Source: Deltaproteobacteria bacterium
GTDB lineage: Bacteria > Myxococcota_A > Polyangia > Polyangiales > Houyiibacteriaceae
DNA: 64,000 nt
Assembly: GCA_034670305.1 (NCBI GenBank)
Contig: JAXMNT010000001.1
Coordinates: 1-64,000, forward strand
Direction of reading: 5' to 3'
A program made the translations under genes and the position numbers. Within the stretch, counting starts at the first letter, position 1, and every line of letters begins with the position of its first letter. The notes under the pieces were generated by a model. The model searched no databases and was not told the DNA's origin. It saw nothing but the letters and a program-made list of their open reading frames with translations. This document shows positions 51,575-61,224 of this stretch, piece by piece.

Positions 51575-54331
51575 TCATCGCGGGGGGCAGGTGAGGGCGC
51601 CGGTGACGAAGACGCCGTTGTTCGGGTCCGTGTAGGCGAACCTCGGCTGGCCGTCGACGCTGAACGCGCCGCTGACCCGCGCGTTGGGCGGGCTGTCCTG
51701 GGTCAGCTGCACTGCGCACGGGTTGTTGCACATCTCTTCGGCGCTCGGGAAACACTCGGAGCAGCCGGTCGTGCGCGCGGGTTCGCCGTCGTGCACGGTC
51801 GCGGTGCGCATGAAGAGGCGGGCTTCGGTCGCGGTGCTGAGGTGCGCGAAGACCACGCGCCATCCGCCCGGCTGTTCCACGACGCTGTCGCCGCGCATGG
51901 TGCCCAGCGTCAGCACACCGTCCGGCACGTACACGAGCGATGGCGCGCCGAGTAGCGGCTCGCGGTGGCTCATGTGCGTGACCGGTGCGATGGCGCGCAC
52001 GCCGGTCGGGGTGAGGACCTCGTCGCATCCGACGACGCCGCAGGTGCCGCCGCCACCGGCGCATTCGCACTCGGTGTGGAAGGTGACGCTGGTGAAGCCG
52101 ATGCGCTGACCCATCTCGCTGATCTCGCGCCAGGCGACGCCCATCACGACGCCGTCGCGGCTGGCGGGACCAACCGCCATCACGAGGTCTTCGATCTGCG
52201 CGTCCGGGAGCGGGCCGTCGCCGCCGGGCACGAGCTCGAGCGGGTCGGTGGCCAGGCACTGGCGGATCGACTCGGGCGACCGCTGGGTCTGCGTGAGGCT
52301 CTCCTTGTTGCCGGGCTCGCTGTCTGGACGTCGCCGGTCACGGGTGGTCGGGGTGCCTTCGTCGATGGTGCCGTCGCAGTCGTCGTCGATCCCGTTGCAG
52401 TCCTCGGTGGGGTTCGCGACGCACGCCTCGGTGCAGCCGTTGTCCAGGATGCCGTTGCAGTCGTCGTCCTGGCCGTTGCACAGCTCCGGCTGAGGTCCGA
52501 CGTCGCCCATGCAGATCGTGCGGCCGGCGAAACATTGCCAGGTGCCCTGCGAGCACTCTCCGGTGCTGCTGCCGCAGGCGTCGCCTTCGGTGTTCTCGTC
52601 GGTCATGCCGTCGCAGTCGTCGTCGAGGCCGTTGCACATGTCCGCGCCGGTCTCGTCGCCGGTGGTCGGCACGCAGTCGTCGGTGCAGTTGGTCTCGTCG
52701 ACGCCGCCGTCGCAGTCCTCGTCGACCCCGTTCGCGCAGAGTTCCGGCTGGGGCATGACGGCGCCGTCGCAGTACACCTCGCCGCCATCGCAGCGGAAGG
52801 TGCCGGAGACGCAGGCGCCGATTTCGATGCCGCAGCTCGTCTCGCCACACACCGAGGGTTGAGCGGCCGTGTCGGACACACACATCTGAGACTCGTCGCC
52901 GGCCGGCTCGCACATCTGCGCGGCCACGAGACGCGCGTCCGGAATCGCGAGCAGGTGGATCCGGAGTCGGCCTTCCTGCTCGGATGCGACCGCGTAGGTC
53001 TCGCCGATGGCGGCGATGCCGGGTGCGGTGGTCGAACGGGTCTGCCCGAGCACGGTGGGCTCGCCCTCACCACTCACGTTGACGAAACGGATGCGGTTGG
53101 AGGCTGCGGTCTGCAGATGGGCGCCCCAGACGAGCACGTCGTGCAGCGACTCGTCTTCTTCCGTGCCGCTGAGGTCTTCGGTGATGCAGCGGCCGAGCGC
53201 ATGCGATCCCGAGACGGCGGCCACGACCGCCTCCACGTCCACGTCGGCCTGGTCGCCCGGGAGCGCTGCGAGGGCGATGTCCTTCACGCCGCACGCATGG
53301 CTGATCGCGACCTGCGCGCTGGACGAACAACTGCCGCACAGACACTGCACGGCATTGGGGCTGTCGCACTCGCTCATCGAGTTGCAGCTCTGCGGTTCGC
53401 AGCGGCCGCCGTTGCACGTCTGGGCGTGCGGGCATTGCGCGTCGGATGCACAGGTGGACGGGACGCACGCGCCGCGGACGCAGCGTTCGCTGCCGGCGCA
53501 GGTCGGGCAGCCCTGGGTCTCGAAGGCCACCGCGAGCTGGGCCGCTTCGCAGCGGTCGGTGTCGGCGGCGGAGCATCGCCCGTTGTGGGTCAGCGAGACC
53601 CCCGCGAATGCATTCGAGCGTCCGGACGGTCCGAGGTTGAAGATCTCGGTGCCGGCTTCGTAGTGGCCGATTCGGAGCTGGCCCTGCACGCACCGGGCCG
53701 AGGAGACCGACGCGGCGATGCCGCTGTCGCCGGCCATGCCCACTTCGAGCTGCGCGAAGTTGCAGTTGCCCTCGGTGGGCACGATGCCGGTGATGGGGGT
53801 GTCCATCGCGCCGGTTCCGTCGCGGTTGATGCCCCAGCAGCCGGGCTCTTCCGTCGGCCCCGCTTCGACATCGTTGCTCTCGTTCTTCACGTAGTTGGCG
53901 CGTACTGGCGCGGGGAGTTCCCCCGACACCGGGAGGACCACGGCGAGCGCGTCCGCTTCGGTCCACAGGGCCCGCACGGAGGTCGCGCCTTCGGCGAACG
54001 TGATGCCGGTCGGTGTGCCGAGGATCAGATCGGCCCGTCGAATGTCGGACACCGGGTCCGCGCCTTCGTCGCTGTTGCCGTCGCAGTCGTTGTCGGCTCC
54101 GTCGCAGATCTCTTCGTCGCTGCGCACACACTGTCCGTCGAGGCAGCGCCAAGGCCGGCAGGCGGCCGGCAGGCCGAACGACCCGTTGAGCGCGTCGGCG
54201 CAGGCTTGTTCGAACTCACCCTGGGTGGTGCCGAACTCGTCGCAGCGGTCGAACTCGTCGAGCCCGAGGACGCTGCAGCCCGCCAGAAGCGCGAGCGCGG
54301 GAAGAACCATCGTCGTTTGCAAACGGCGCAT
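51575..54331 (-). CDS. large Cys-rich lipoprotein with DDDCDG (MopE-like) repeats
   Basis: Lipobox LAGC, multiple CNGxDDDCDG motifs. TGATG overlap with the upstream gene. Confidence 0.85.
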   Translation of the reverse strand: MRRLQTTMVLPALALLAGCSVLGLDEFDRCDEFGTTQGEFEQACADALNGSFGLPAACRPWRCLDGQCVRSDEEICDGADNDCDGNSDEGADPVSDIRRADLILGTPTGITFAEGATSVRALWTEADALAVVLPVSGELPAPVRANYVKNESNDVEAGPTEEPGCWGINRDGTGAMDTPITGIVPTEGNCNFAQLEVGMAGDSGIAASVSSARCVQGQLRIGHYEAGTEIFNLGPSGRSNAFAGVSLTHNGRCSAADTDRCEAAQLAVAFETQGCPTCAGSERCVRGACVPSTCASDAQCPHAQTCNGGRCEPQSCNSMSECDSPNAVQCLCGSCSSSAQVAISHACGVKDIALAALPGDQADVDVEAVVAAVSGSHALGRCITEDLSGTEEDESLHDVLVWGAHLQTAASNRIRFVNVSGEGEPTVLGQTRSTTAPGIAAIGETYAVASEQEGRLRIHLLAIPDARLVAAQMCEPAGDESQMCVSDTAAQPSVCGETSCGIEIGACVSGTFRCDGGEVYCDGAVMPQPELCANGVDEDCDGGVDETNCTDDCVPTTGDETGADMCNGLDDDCDGMTDENTEGDACGSSTGECSQGTWQCFAGRTICMGDVGPQPELCNGQDDDCNGILDNGCTEACVANPTEDCNGIDDDCDGTIDEGTPTTRDRRRPDSEPGNKESLTQTQRSPESIRQCLATDPLELVPGGDGPLPDAQIEDLVMAVGPASRDGVVMGVAWREISEMGQRIGFTSVTFHTECECAGGGGTCGVVGCDEVLTPTGVRAIAPVTHMSHREPLLGAPSLVYVPDGVLTLGTMRGDSVVEQPGGWRVVFAHLSTATEARLFMRTATVHDGEPARTTGCSECFPSAEEMCNNPCAVQLTQDSPPNARVSGAFSVDGQPRFAYTDPNNGVFVTGALTCPPR

Positions 54332-55359
54332 CAGAACGACCCTCCGAGCGAGAGGCCGGCGGCGGTGCGGGAGACGATCGGCGCGACCTGGAGCCGGAGC
54401 CGCGCTTCGGCCTCGTCGGTCGAGATCGCGTTCGGGTCTTCTTCGTCGTCCCAGTCGGTCAAGACCGCGAAGATGATGGCGGTCGTCGCAAGCAAGGCCG
54501 CGGTGCCGAAGAGGATGTCCGCGTTGCGGGCGTTGCGCTGGATCGAGTCGACCTCGTCGGCGGTCGCGAGCCGCGGCGAGCGACCGTCCGGTTCGTTGCC
54601 CTTGTTGAGCGCGACCAGGCCGAACGCCATCCCGCCGAGCGCCGCACCGACCGCCGCACCCGCGGTGACCCAGAACAGGACCGGCGGCAGCCCTTCGTAT
54701 TCTTCCGCCAGCCGCTCGAGCTCGAACGTGGCGGTCGCCTCCGACTGGGCGGCGACCTGAACTTCTTGTTGCTCCGGCGTGTACCCGTCGGAGCGGATCT
54801 CGACGACGTGCGCGCCACCCGGCACCAGGATCTCGGTCTGGTTCTCACCGATGCGGCGGGAGTCGACCCAGACTTCGTAGTTGCGGAGGTTCACCGTGAT
54901 GCGGACGGTTCCGAGCAGACCGTTGAGCAGCTCGATCTTCGCCCGCACATCGGCGGCGTGGTCGGTGAACGCGCCGCCTTCTTCCAGGAACGAGGCGTAC
55001 GACGCCATCGCTTCGCTGTAACGGAACAGGCGCTCCTGGCAGCGGGCGATGTTGTAGAGCACGAGGAAGCGGAGCTGGTGGCCTCGGAGCAACTCGCGGG
55101 TCGTGTTGAACTCGGCGAGCGCGGCTTCGTAGTTGTTCTCTTCGTACAGGGCTTCGCCCCGCGCGATGCGCTCGCGCGCTTCGGCGATGCGCGGGTCCTC
55201 CGCGGGTTCCTCCGCGGCGGGTGCTTCGGCTTCCGCCTCCACATCCGCGGCTTCGCCGGCAGCACCCTCTTCTCCAACGGGCTCCTGTGCCATCGCCAAC
55301 GAGCCAACGCTCATCCACCACAGCAAGAGAAGTCCGCGCCCCATTCGACGTCCCATCAC
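54331..55359 (-). CDS. TPR-PEGA protein with hydrophobic helices and C-terminal beta-hairpin
   Basis: Signal peptide, TPR (VLYNIARCQERL), PEGA (VWVD...GAHVVEIRSDGY), C-terminus LQVAPIVSRTAAGLSLGGSF. Confidence 0.85.
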   Translation of the reverse strand: MMGRRMGRGLLLLWWMSVGSLAMAQEPVGEEGAAGEAADVEAEAEAPAAEEPAEDPRIAEARERIARGEALYEENNYEAALAEFNTTRELLRGHQLRFLVLYNIARCQERLFRYSEAMASYASFLEEGGAFTDHAADVRAKIELLNGLLGTVRITVNLRNYEVWVDSRRIGENQTEILVPGGAHVVEIRSDGYTPEQQEVQVAAQSEATATFELERLAEEYEGLPPVLFWVTAGAAVGAALGGMAFGLVALNKGNEPDGRSPRLATADEVDSIQRNARNADILFGTAALLATTAIIFAVLTDWDDEEDPNAISTDEAEARLRLQVAPIVSRTAAGLSLGGSF

Positions 55360-55483
55360 CCGCGCACTTTACCGGAAAGCCGCGGAAGATGGGCGCTCTT
55401 GCCGCTCGCATTCCGCTTGGCTCGAAACGGGGAGAAACGCTCCGAACCAAAGCCACAAAACGGAGCCACATGTGTTCGAGCCG

Positions 55484-56272
55484 CTAGTAACGGTGAATTC
55501 CGGCGGAATCGATGCGCAGCAGGGCGAGGTCGCCGCGTTGTTCGAGGCGGCCTTCGATCCGGACCGGTTCGGCGACGTAGGAGAGGACCTCGGGTCCAAG
55601 CGGTCCACCCTCGGCGTTCGCGAGCAGCAGATGGGTCTCAGTGCCCTCTGCGTCGCGGGTCACAAGCACCGGCGCGATGCCGCCTCGGATGCAGAGCTGT
55701 GCGCAGCCCCGGTGGGCGCGCCCGTCGCCTGGCCGCATCTGACCGTAGAAGCACTTGCTGTCGACGATCTCTCCAGACACTTCGATCGACGCGCCCGTGA
55801 GGACCGATGGTGCCTCGTTCAAACGTGTGAGCGCGGCCTCCGACAACGCGGCGTCGGCGGCGCCACCGCTCACCACCAAGAGTGCGCCGCCGTTGCGGGC
55901 GAAGAGCCGACCGCGCAGCTCGGTGGGTTGTCCGTCTCGGTCGGCGTAGCTCTCCCCGAGGCCGGACTTCCAAGCGCGCGCGGTCAACACGGTGAAGAGC
56001 GCGCCATCCGCGCCCACGGTGCGCAAGTGCGGGTAGGGCGACTGCACGAAGAGGCCTTGCAAGGTGACCTGTCGACCGGCTTCGAGCCCTTCGCCCGGGT
56101 GGCGTTGAAAGACCGCACCCGAGGCCGCGATCGACGCCGCGGCGACGACGAGCCCGCCGGCCAGCAGAAGGGAGAAACGTTTGAGCTTGGGCGGGGTCGG
56201 CAGGTAGCCGACGAAGAACTCGTCGCTGGGCTGGAGCGGCTCGAGGGCCGGATCGTCGGGCGCGTCGCTCAT
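55484..56272 (-). CDS. membrane-anchored hypothetical protein with Cys/His cluster
   Basis: EFFVGYLP, TM helix, GEIVDSKCFYGQM.PG....HRGCAQLCIRGG. ATGA overlap with the upstream gene. Confidence 0.8.
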   Translation of the reverse strand: MSDAPDDPALEPLQPSDEFFVGYLPTPPKLKRFSLLLAGGLVVAAASIAASGAVFQRHPGEGLEAGRQVTLQGLFVQSPYPHLRTVGADGALFTVLTARAWKSGLGESYADRDGQPTELRGRLFARNGGALLVVSGGAADAALSEAALTRLNEAPSVLTGASIEVSGEIVDSKCFYGQMRPGDGRAHRGCAQLCIRGGIAPVLVTRDAEGTETHLLLANAEGGPLGPEVLSYVAEPVRIEGRLEQRGDLALLRIDSAGIHRY

Positions 56273-57360
56273 GAGGGCTCCTCCCGGGCGAGACGCGCGA
56301 CGGCGACATCGAACTCGGCGGGTGCGGTGGCGGTGCCGGGCGCGAGCGCGACCGGACGCACCAGAATGCGCCCGTCTTTCAACCGCACTTCGTAGGTGGG
56401 GATCTTCTCGGTGAATGGCGGCGGCGACTGACCGTCTTCGGGCCGGTACTGCCATCCATGCCACGGGCAGGTGAGCGATCCGTCGATCACCTTGCCCTCG
56501 TAGAGCGGTCCGTTCTGGTGGGCGCAGTGTCCGTGCAGCGCGGCGACCTTGCCTTGCCATCGCACGACGGCGATGCGCTCATGGCCCGGAATGCACAGCG
56601 CGCGCGCCCGCCCCTCCGGGATGTCCTCCGGCCGGCCCGCGTCGACGTAGCGTTCGCCGTCGAACTCGACCCACGCGACCTCCTCGCGCTCGCAGGCCAA
56701 GGAGCGGCGGGCCGCGAGCAAATGCAGCCCGCCGACCAGCACGACGCTGCCGAAGACGAGCGCTGCGTTCATCGGATGCGGCTCCGACTTCATCAATCCG
56801 AACGCCACGTGCAGGACCGCGAGCGCGAACACCAAGTAGACGCCCATGTGGAGGGTCTTCCACGCGGCCGGACCGATGGTCCTCTGCCAGAAGTCGTGGC
56901 TGGTCGCGGCCATCACCGCCAAATACAGCAGCGCCGCGAGGCCGAAGAGTGGGAAGGGCCACGAGGCGCCGGTGAACTCGTTGTCGCTCAGAAAGAGCGC
57001 GCTGACCCGGTCCAGATCGCCGGTGTAGTTGTAGTAGTACCCGAGCACCGTGTTCGCGTGCATCGCCGCCACGAAGAACATCAGCACCCCGAAGTGCCGC
57101 CGGTTGTAGAGCAGCGGAATGAACTTCGGGCTCAGGCGCGCGAGCGGTCCGATGCAGAGGATCAGGGTCAGCATCAGAAACGCGCAGCTGCCCCACGCGC
57201 GCATCGAGACGATCTGTCCGGTCAACACCCCGTCGCCGGAATGCAGCCAGCGGGTCACGACCCCGAAGAGCACGATGTAGATCGCCACCGCCACGACGAC
57301 GATGGCGTCGTAGAAGATCTTGCGCGCGGTCCACTGCACCGGGACGTACTGCGTGCTCAT
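56269..57360 (-). CDS. ferric-reductase-like (MsrQ-type) TM domain fused to a Rieske 2Fe-2S domain
   Basis: NRRHFG, MH, ATSHDFW, WKTLHMGVY, LH; C-terminal CAHQNGPL...CPWHGW. Confidence 0.9.
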   Translation of the reverse strand: MSTQYVPVQWTARKIFYDAIVVVAVAIYIVLFGVVTRWLHSGDGVLTGQIVSMRAWGSCAFLMLTLILCIGPLARLSPKFIPLLYNRRHFGVLMFFVAAMHANTVLGYYYNYTGDLDRVSALFLSDNEFTGASWPFPLFGLAALLYLAVMAATSHDFWQRTIGPAAWKTLHMGVYLVFALAVLHVAFGLMKSEPHPMNAALVFGSVVLVGGLHLLAARRSLACEREEVAWVEFDGERYVDAGRPEDIPEGRARALCIPGHERIAVVRWQGKVAALHGHCAHQNGPLYEGKVIDGSLTCPWHGWQYRPEDGQSPPPFTEKIPTYEVRLKDGRILVRPVALAPGTATAPAEFDVAVARLAREEPS

Positions 57361-57370
57361 CGGCGCGGCC

Positions 57371-57523
57371 TCATCGGGCCGCCTCTGGGCGACGGGCTTG
57401 CAGCGGACTCGGCTCGGCCGGGGCCTGGCTCGGCATCGACGCGGCCCAGCCACACAGAGCCAGCAGCGCCGGCAGCAGCAGCCACCAGACGAGCGCGTGG
57501 GCTTTTCGTTGCGGCCGGATCAC
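57371..57523 (-). CDS. 50-aa single-TM protein
   Basis: GTGA overlap with the upstream small gene; RPQRKAHALVWWLLLP. Confidence 0.6.
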   Translation of the reverse strand: MIRPQRKAHALVWWLLLPALLALCGWAASMPSQAPAEPSPLQARRPEAAR

Positions 57524-57720
57524 GACGGAGCACCGCGGACCCAGCGCCAAGCGATCACCGGCCAGAGCAGCGCACAGGAAGGAAGGATCAGCACGCGGAA
57601 GAGCATCGAACTCCCCGCGCCGGCCGGGTCGACCCGTGGCAACCCGACCGCGAGGAACGCGAGCGCGACGAGCAGACCGAAGCCCATCCATCCCGCCGCA
57701 GCGTGGAGCATCCACGCCAT
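57520..57720 (-). CDS. 66-aa two-TM protein
   Basis: ATG 2 nt after the upstream stop; GLLVALAFL..G..RVDP..AGSS..FR.LILP...LLWP. Confidence 0.7.
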   Translation of the reverse strand: MAWMLHAAAGWMGFGLLVALAFLAVGLPRVDPAGAGSSMLFRVLILPSCALLWPVIAWRWVRGAPS

Positions 57721-57722
57721 GA

Positions 57723-59348
57723 TCAGAGCGGGGTCATGCCGGCGTATCGCACGCCCGTGAGGTGCGCGATGTCCCGCTTCCAGGTCGTGAGATCGTCCAC
57801 GCAGAGTTTCGCGAGGGCGTCGTGTCCACAGGCGCGCGCCAGGATCTTCATGAGCTCGACCGTGGCCTCGAAGTAGCGGGCGAGGCGCTGCGCCGAGTGC
57901 TTCACGTCCAGGCGCTCGCGCAAGTGCGGCTTCTGGGTCGCGATGCCCACCGGGCAGTTGTTGCTGTGGCAGGCCCGCATGCCGAGGCACCCGATCGCCT
58001 GCAACGCCGAGTTCGACACCGCGACCGCGTCGGCGCCGAGCGCCATCGCTTTGACGAAGTCCGCCTCGGTGCGAAGCCCGCCGGTCACCACCAGGGTCAC
58101 GTCCGACGCGCCGCAGGCGTCGAGGTGTCTGCGGGCGCGGGGCAACGCAGCGAGCGTCGGCACCGAGATGTTCTGCTTGAAGATCTCGGGCGCCGCGCCG
58201 GTGCCGCCGCCACGCCCGTCGAGGATCACGTAATCCGCGCCGACCGCCAGGCAGAAGTCGAGGTCGCGCTCGATGTGTTGGGCGCTGAGCTTGAATCCGA
58301 CCGGGATGCCGCCCGAGGTCTCGCGGACTTGTGCCGCGATCTCCTGGAAGCCCGCGACTCCGTGAATGTCCGGAAAGGTCGAAGGGCTGATCGCCGCTTT
58401 CCCGGGCGGGAGTTTGCGGACCTCGGCGATCTTGCCTTGGACCTTCTCGCCTGGGAGGTGTCCCCCGGTGCCGGTCTTGGCGCCCTGGCCGCCCTTGAAG
58501 TGAAACGCCTGCACCTTCTTCACGAGCTGCAGATCCCAGCCGAAACGCGCGCTCGCGAGCTCGTAGAAGTAGCGGCTGTTCTCGGCTTGTTCTTCCGGCA
58601 GCATACCGCCTTCGCCGGAGCAGATGCCGGTGCCCGCCAGCTCTGCGCCCATCGAAAGCGCGGTCTTCGCTTCTTCGCTCAACGCGCCGAAGCTCATGTC
58701 GCTCACGAAGATGGGGATCTCGAGGCTCAGCGGCTTCTTCGCGCGCGGTCCGATGACCACCGAGGTCGCGACCGGTGCGTCGTCGAGCCGCGGCTGCTTC
58801 CACATCTGCGCCGTCACGATCTGGATGTCCTGCCAGCGCGGAAGTTCGGTCAGCGCGACGCCCATCGCGCTCGTCTCGCCGTGGTGGCCGGTGCGCGAGA
58901 GGCCGTGTTCGGCGAGCTCGTGAATGTGTTTGGCGTAGGGCTCCGCCGACGTGCCGTGGTGGTCGGCGTACAGACCCAGGTAGGTCTTGCGGTCGTAGGG
59001 CTGCGGGTTGTCGACGGCCCACGTCCGGATCTCCGCTTCATCGACGAACACGGCGTCGCCGTCGATCCAGGCGCGGAACTTGTGGAGCACTTCTTTGGAG
59101 TCGTAGGCGCTCACCCCGGTCGCGACCCGGTAGTCCCACTGGTGCACGCCGCAGATGAGGTCGTCCCCCTTCACGAAGCCGTCCGCCATCAGCGCGCCGC
59201 GGTGCAAGCAGCGCCCGTACAGCACACTCACGTCGTCGTCGTAGCGCACCACGACCAGGTCGACGTTGGCGACCAGCGCGTACGTCGGCGTGCGGTCTTC
59301 GAGGGTCGACCACGTGGCGACCTCGACCGGCTTTCTTTCCGTCCCCAT
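57723..59348 (-). CDS. Rieske domain fused to an FMN-binding glutamate-synthase-family domain
   Basis: CLHRG..CGVHQW; MSFGALS, SGEGG, GQGAKTGTGGHLPG, DGRGGGTGAAP, CLGMRACHSNNC (3Fe-4S). GAGGAG RBS. Confidence 0.92.
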   Translation of the reverse strand: MGTERKPVEVATWSTLEDRTPTYALVANVDLVVVRYDDDVSVLYGRCLHRGALMADGFVKGDDLICGVHQWDYRVATGVSAYDSKEVLHKFRAWIDGDAVFVDEAEIRTWAVDNPQPYDRKTYLGLYADHHGTSAEPYAKHIHELAEHGLSRTGHHGETSAMGVALTELPRWQDIQIVTAQMWKQPRLDDAPVATSVVIGPRAKKPLSLEIPIFVSDMSFGALSEEAKTALSMGAELAGTGICSGEGGMLPEEQAENSRYFYELASARFGWDLQLVKKVQAFHFKGGQGAKTGTGGHLPGEKVQGKIAEVRKLPPGKAAISPSTFPDIHGVAGFQEIAAQVRETSGGIPVGFKLSAQHIERDLDFCLAVGADYVILDGRGGGTGAAPEIFKQNISVPTLAALPRARRHLDACGASDVTLVVTGGLRTEADFVKAMALGADAVAVSNSALQAIGCLGMRACHSNNCPVGIATQKPHLRERLDVKHSAQRLARYFEATVELMKILARACGHDALAKLCVDDLTTWKRDIAHLTGVRYAGMTPL

Positions 59349-59498
59349 CTCAGCTCCTCTTCAGACGAGCGATGGTACGCGGACTGGTCGATCGCGTTAC
59401 GGATTCCTTGGCATAGCAGGTGGCCGCTGAGCGCCGCGTCTGCGAAGGCGGCCGCCTAGCCGATTGCCCTTCGATCCGGCCCAGCCTCCGAGAGGAGA

Positions 59499-61043
59499 TC
59501 ACTCGATCTGGACGATCACGCCTTCGCTCTCGACGCCTCGGCGGTCGATGGCGCTCAGGGCCCATTCGCCCGGCTCCAGGCCGACACCGGTCCCTTCTTC
59601 CGAACCGGCGGGGACGAGCCGATCGAGCGTGAAGACGCCGGGTTCGATCGCGCCGTACACGCCGACGTAGCGCAGCGGGGACGCGTGGGTGACGGTGGCG
59701 ATGGCGCCGTCGATCCGCACCGCCGGGGGGGCGAGGGTCGCGCCGAACGCATCGGCGATCGGCGGCGTGGCGGCGGGGACGACGTAGTGGTTTTGCAGCA
59801 CCTCCGCGATCTCCGGTGCGCGGCCGTCGAGCGGCGCGACGTGGAAGTACAGGTTGCCCTCCACCCCGGGGGCTTCGCGCGTCATGCGGAGTTGGGTCCG
59901 CAGCTCGTCGAGATCCCAGGCGGTCTCCGTGCCGACCTTCGAGAGGTAGTTGCCGATGAAGATGAGTCGGCCCTCGGTGGCCAGCGCGCCCCACCACTGC
60001 GCGAGTGGCTCGTAGGCTTGGCGGGTCTGGGTGGACGGCCAGTAGAGTTGCGGCGCGAGGTAGTCGACCCAGCCGTTGCGGATCCACAGCGGCGGGTCCG
60101 CGTAGATGCTGGCGTATTGATCGAGTCCAGTGATGCCTTCGGGCATGCCGGGCCGGTAGATGCCGAACGGTGAGATCCCCCAGCGGACCGTGGGCGCGAC
60201 TTCGCGCACGATCTCCGCGATGCGTTCAACCAGGTGGTTGACGTTGTCGCGTCGCCAGTCGCCTCGGTCGAGCGTGCCGCCCCCGGACCGGTAGGCATCG
60301 AACGAGTCGTCGTCGGGAAACGGCCCGTCGGGGTAGGGGTAGAAGTAGTCGTCGAAGTGCAGCCCATCGACGTCGTATCGGGTCAGCACGTCGCGAATCA
60401 CCGCGAGCGTGTGGTCTTGTACCGCCTCGGCCCCGGGATCCATCCAGAGCAGATCCCCGTAGCGGATCATGTGTTCGGAGAGCGTGACCGCGGCGTGCGG
60501 TGCGACCGCGGTCGAGGACGCGCTGGCTTTGGCGCGGTACGGGTTCATCCAGGCGTGCAGTTCGAGTCCGCGCGCGTGCGCCATCCGAATGGCGGTCTCG
60601 AGCGGGTCCCAGCCCGGGGCGACGCCCTGGGTGCCGGAGAGGAAGCGGCTCCACGGTTCGAGCTCCGATGGGTAGAACGCGTCGCCTTCCGGTCGCACCT
60701 GCAGGAACACCGCGTTGAGTCCCGCGTTGGCCGCGTCGTCCATCCGGGCTTCGAGTTCGCTTCGCTGGGCTTCGGCGGACAGCCCCGTGCGACTCGGCCA
60801 GTTGATGTTGTAGACGGACGCGATCCAGCCGCCCCGCATCTCGCGCGCGTGGCCGACCCGCACGGTCTCCTGGTCGAGCGCGTCGGCGGAGGCGTCGCGT
60901 TCCTCGCCGCCGGAGTCCAAGGCTTCGTCTCCGGTGTCCGTGGACCCATCGACGGCCGCATCGCGCGCGGCGGCGTCGGGGCCGGGAGGGGTGGAACCGC
61001 ACGCGAGCGCGAACAAGAGACCCAAGGGGATGACGAGTTTCAC
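59499..61043 (-). CDS. GHL10 (YddW/DigH-like) glycoside hydrolase lipoprotein
   Basis: Lipobox ALAC, EMRGGWIASVYNINWP, LQVRP, HAWMNPYR, DGLHFDDYFYP, GISPFG, DYLAPQLYW. Confidence 0.92.
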   Translation of the reverse strand: MKLVIPLGLLFALACGSTPPGPDAAARDAAVDGSTDTGDEALDSGGEERDASADALDQETVRVGHAREMRGGWIASVYNINWPSRTGLSAEAQRSELEARMDDAANAGLNAVFLQVRPEGDAFYPSELEPWSRFLSGTQGVAPGWDPLETAIRMAHARGLELHAWMNPYRAKASASSTAVAPHAAVTLSEHMIRYGDLLWMDPGAEAVQDHTLAVIRDVLTRYDVDGLHFDDYFYPYPDGPFPDDDSFDAYRSGGGTLDRGDWRRDNVNHLVERIAEIVREVAPTVRWGISPFGIYRPGMPEGITGLDQYASIYADPPLWIRNGWVDYLAPQLYWPSTQTRQAYEPLAQWWGALATEGRLIFIGNYLSKVGTETAWDLDELRTQLRMTREAPGVEGNLYFHVAPLDGRAPEIAEVLQNHYVVPAATPPIADAFGATLAPPAVRIDGAIATVTHASPLRYVGVYGAIEPGVFTLDRLVPAGSEEGTGVGLEPGEWALSAIDRRGVESEGVIVQIE

Positions 61044-61224
61044 GCCAGGCAGGTTTGCACACCCCGTGCCCCCGCGCGCGCCGACCGTCGCCGTGCGGTT
61101 CGTGGTTCGGCAGGCCCCGGCCACGCGCCGCCACGGACACAACCGCACACCTGCTCGGCGGTGGTGTTCAGGAGTTGAGCAGTCGGCGCGTAACATCTTT
61201 GTGCGAGCACGGTAGGGTTGCGGA

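Noticed and set aside
57723-59348. Calling this gene gltB
   Set aside because: It lacks the amidotransferase and GXGXG domains; only Rieske and FMN/3Fe-4S parts are present.
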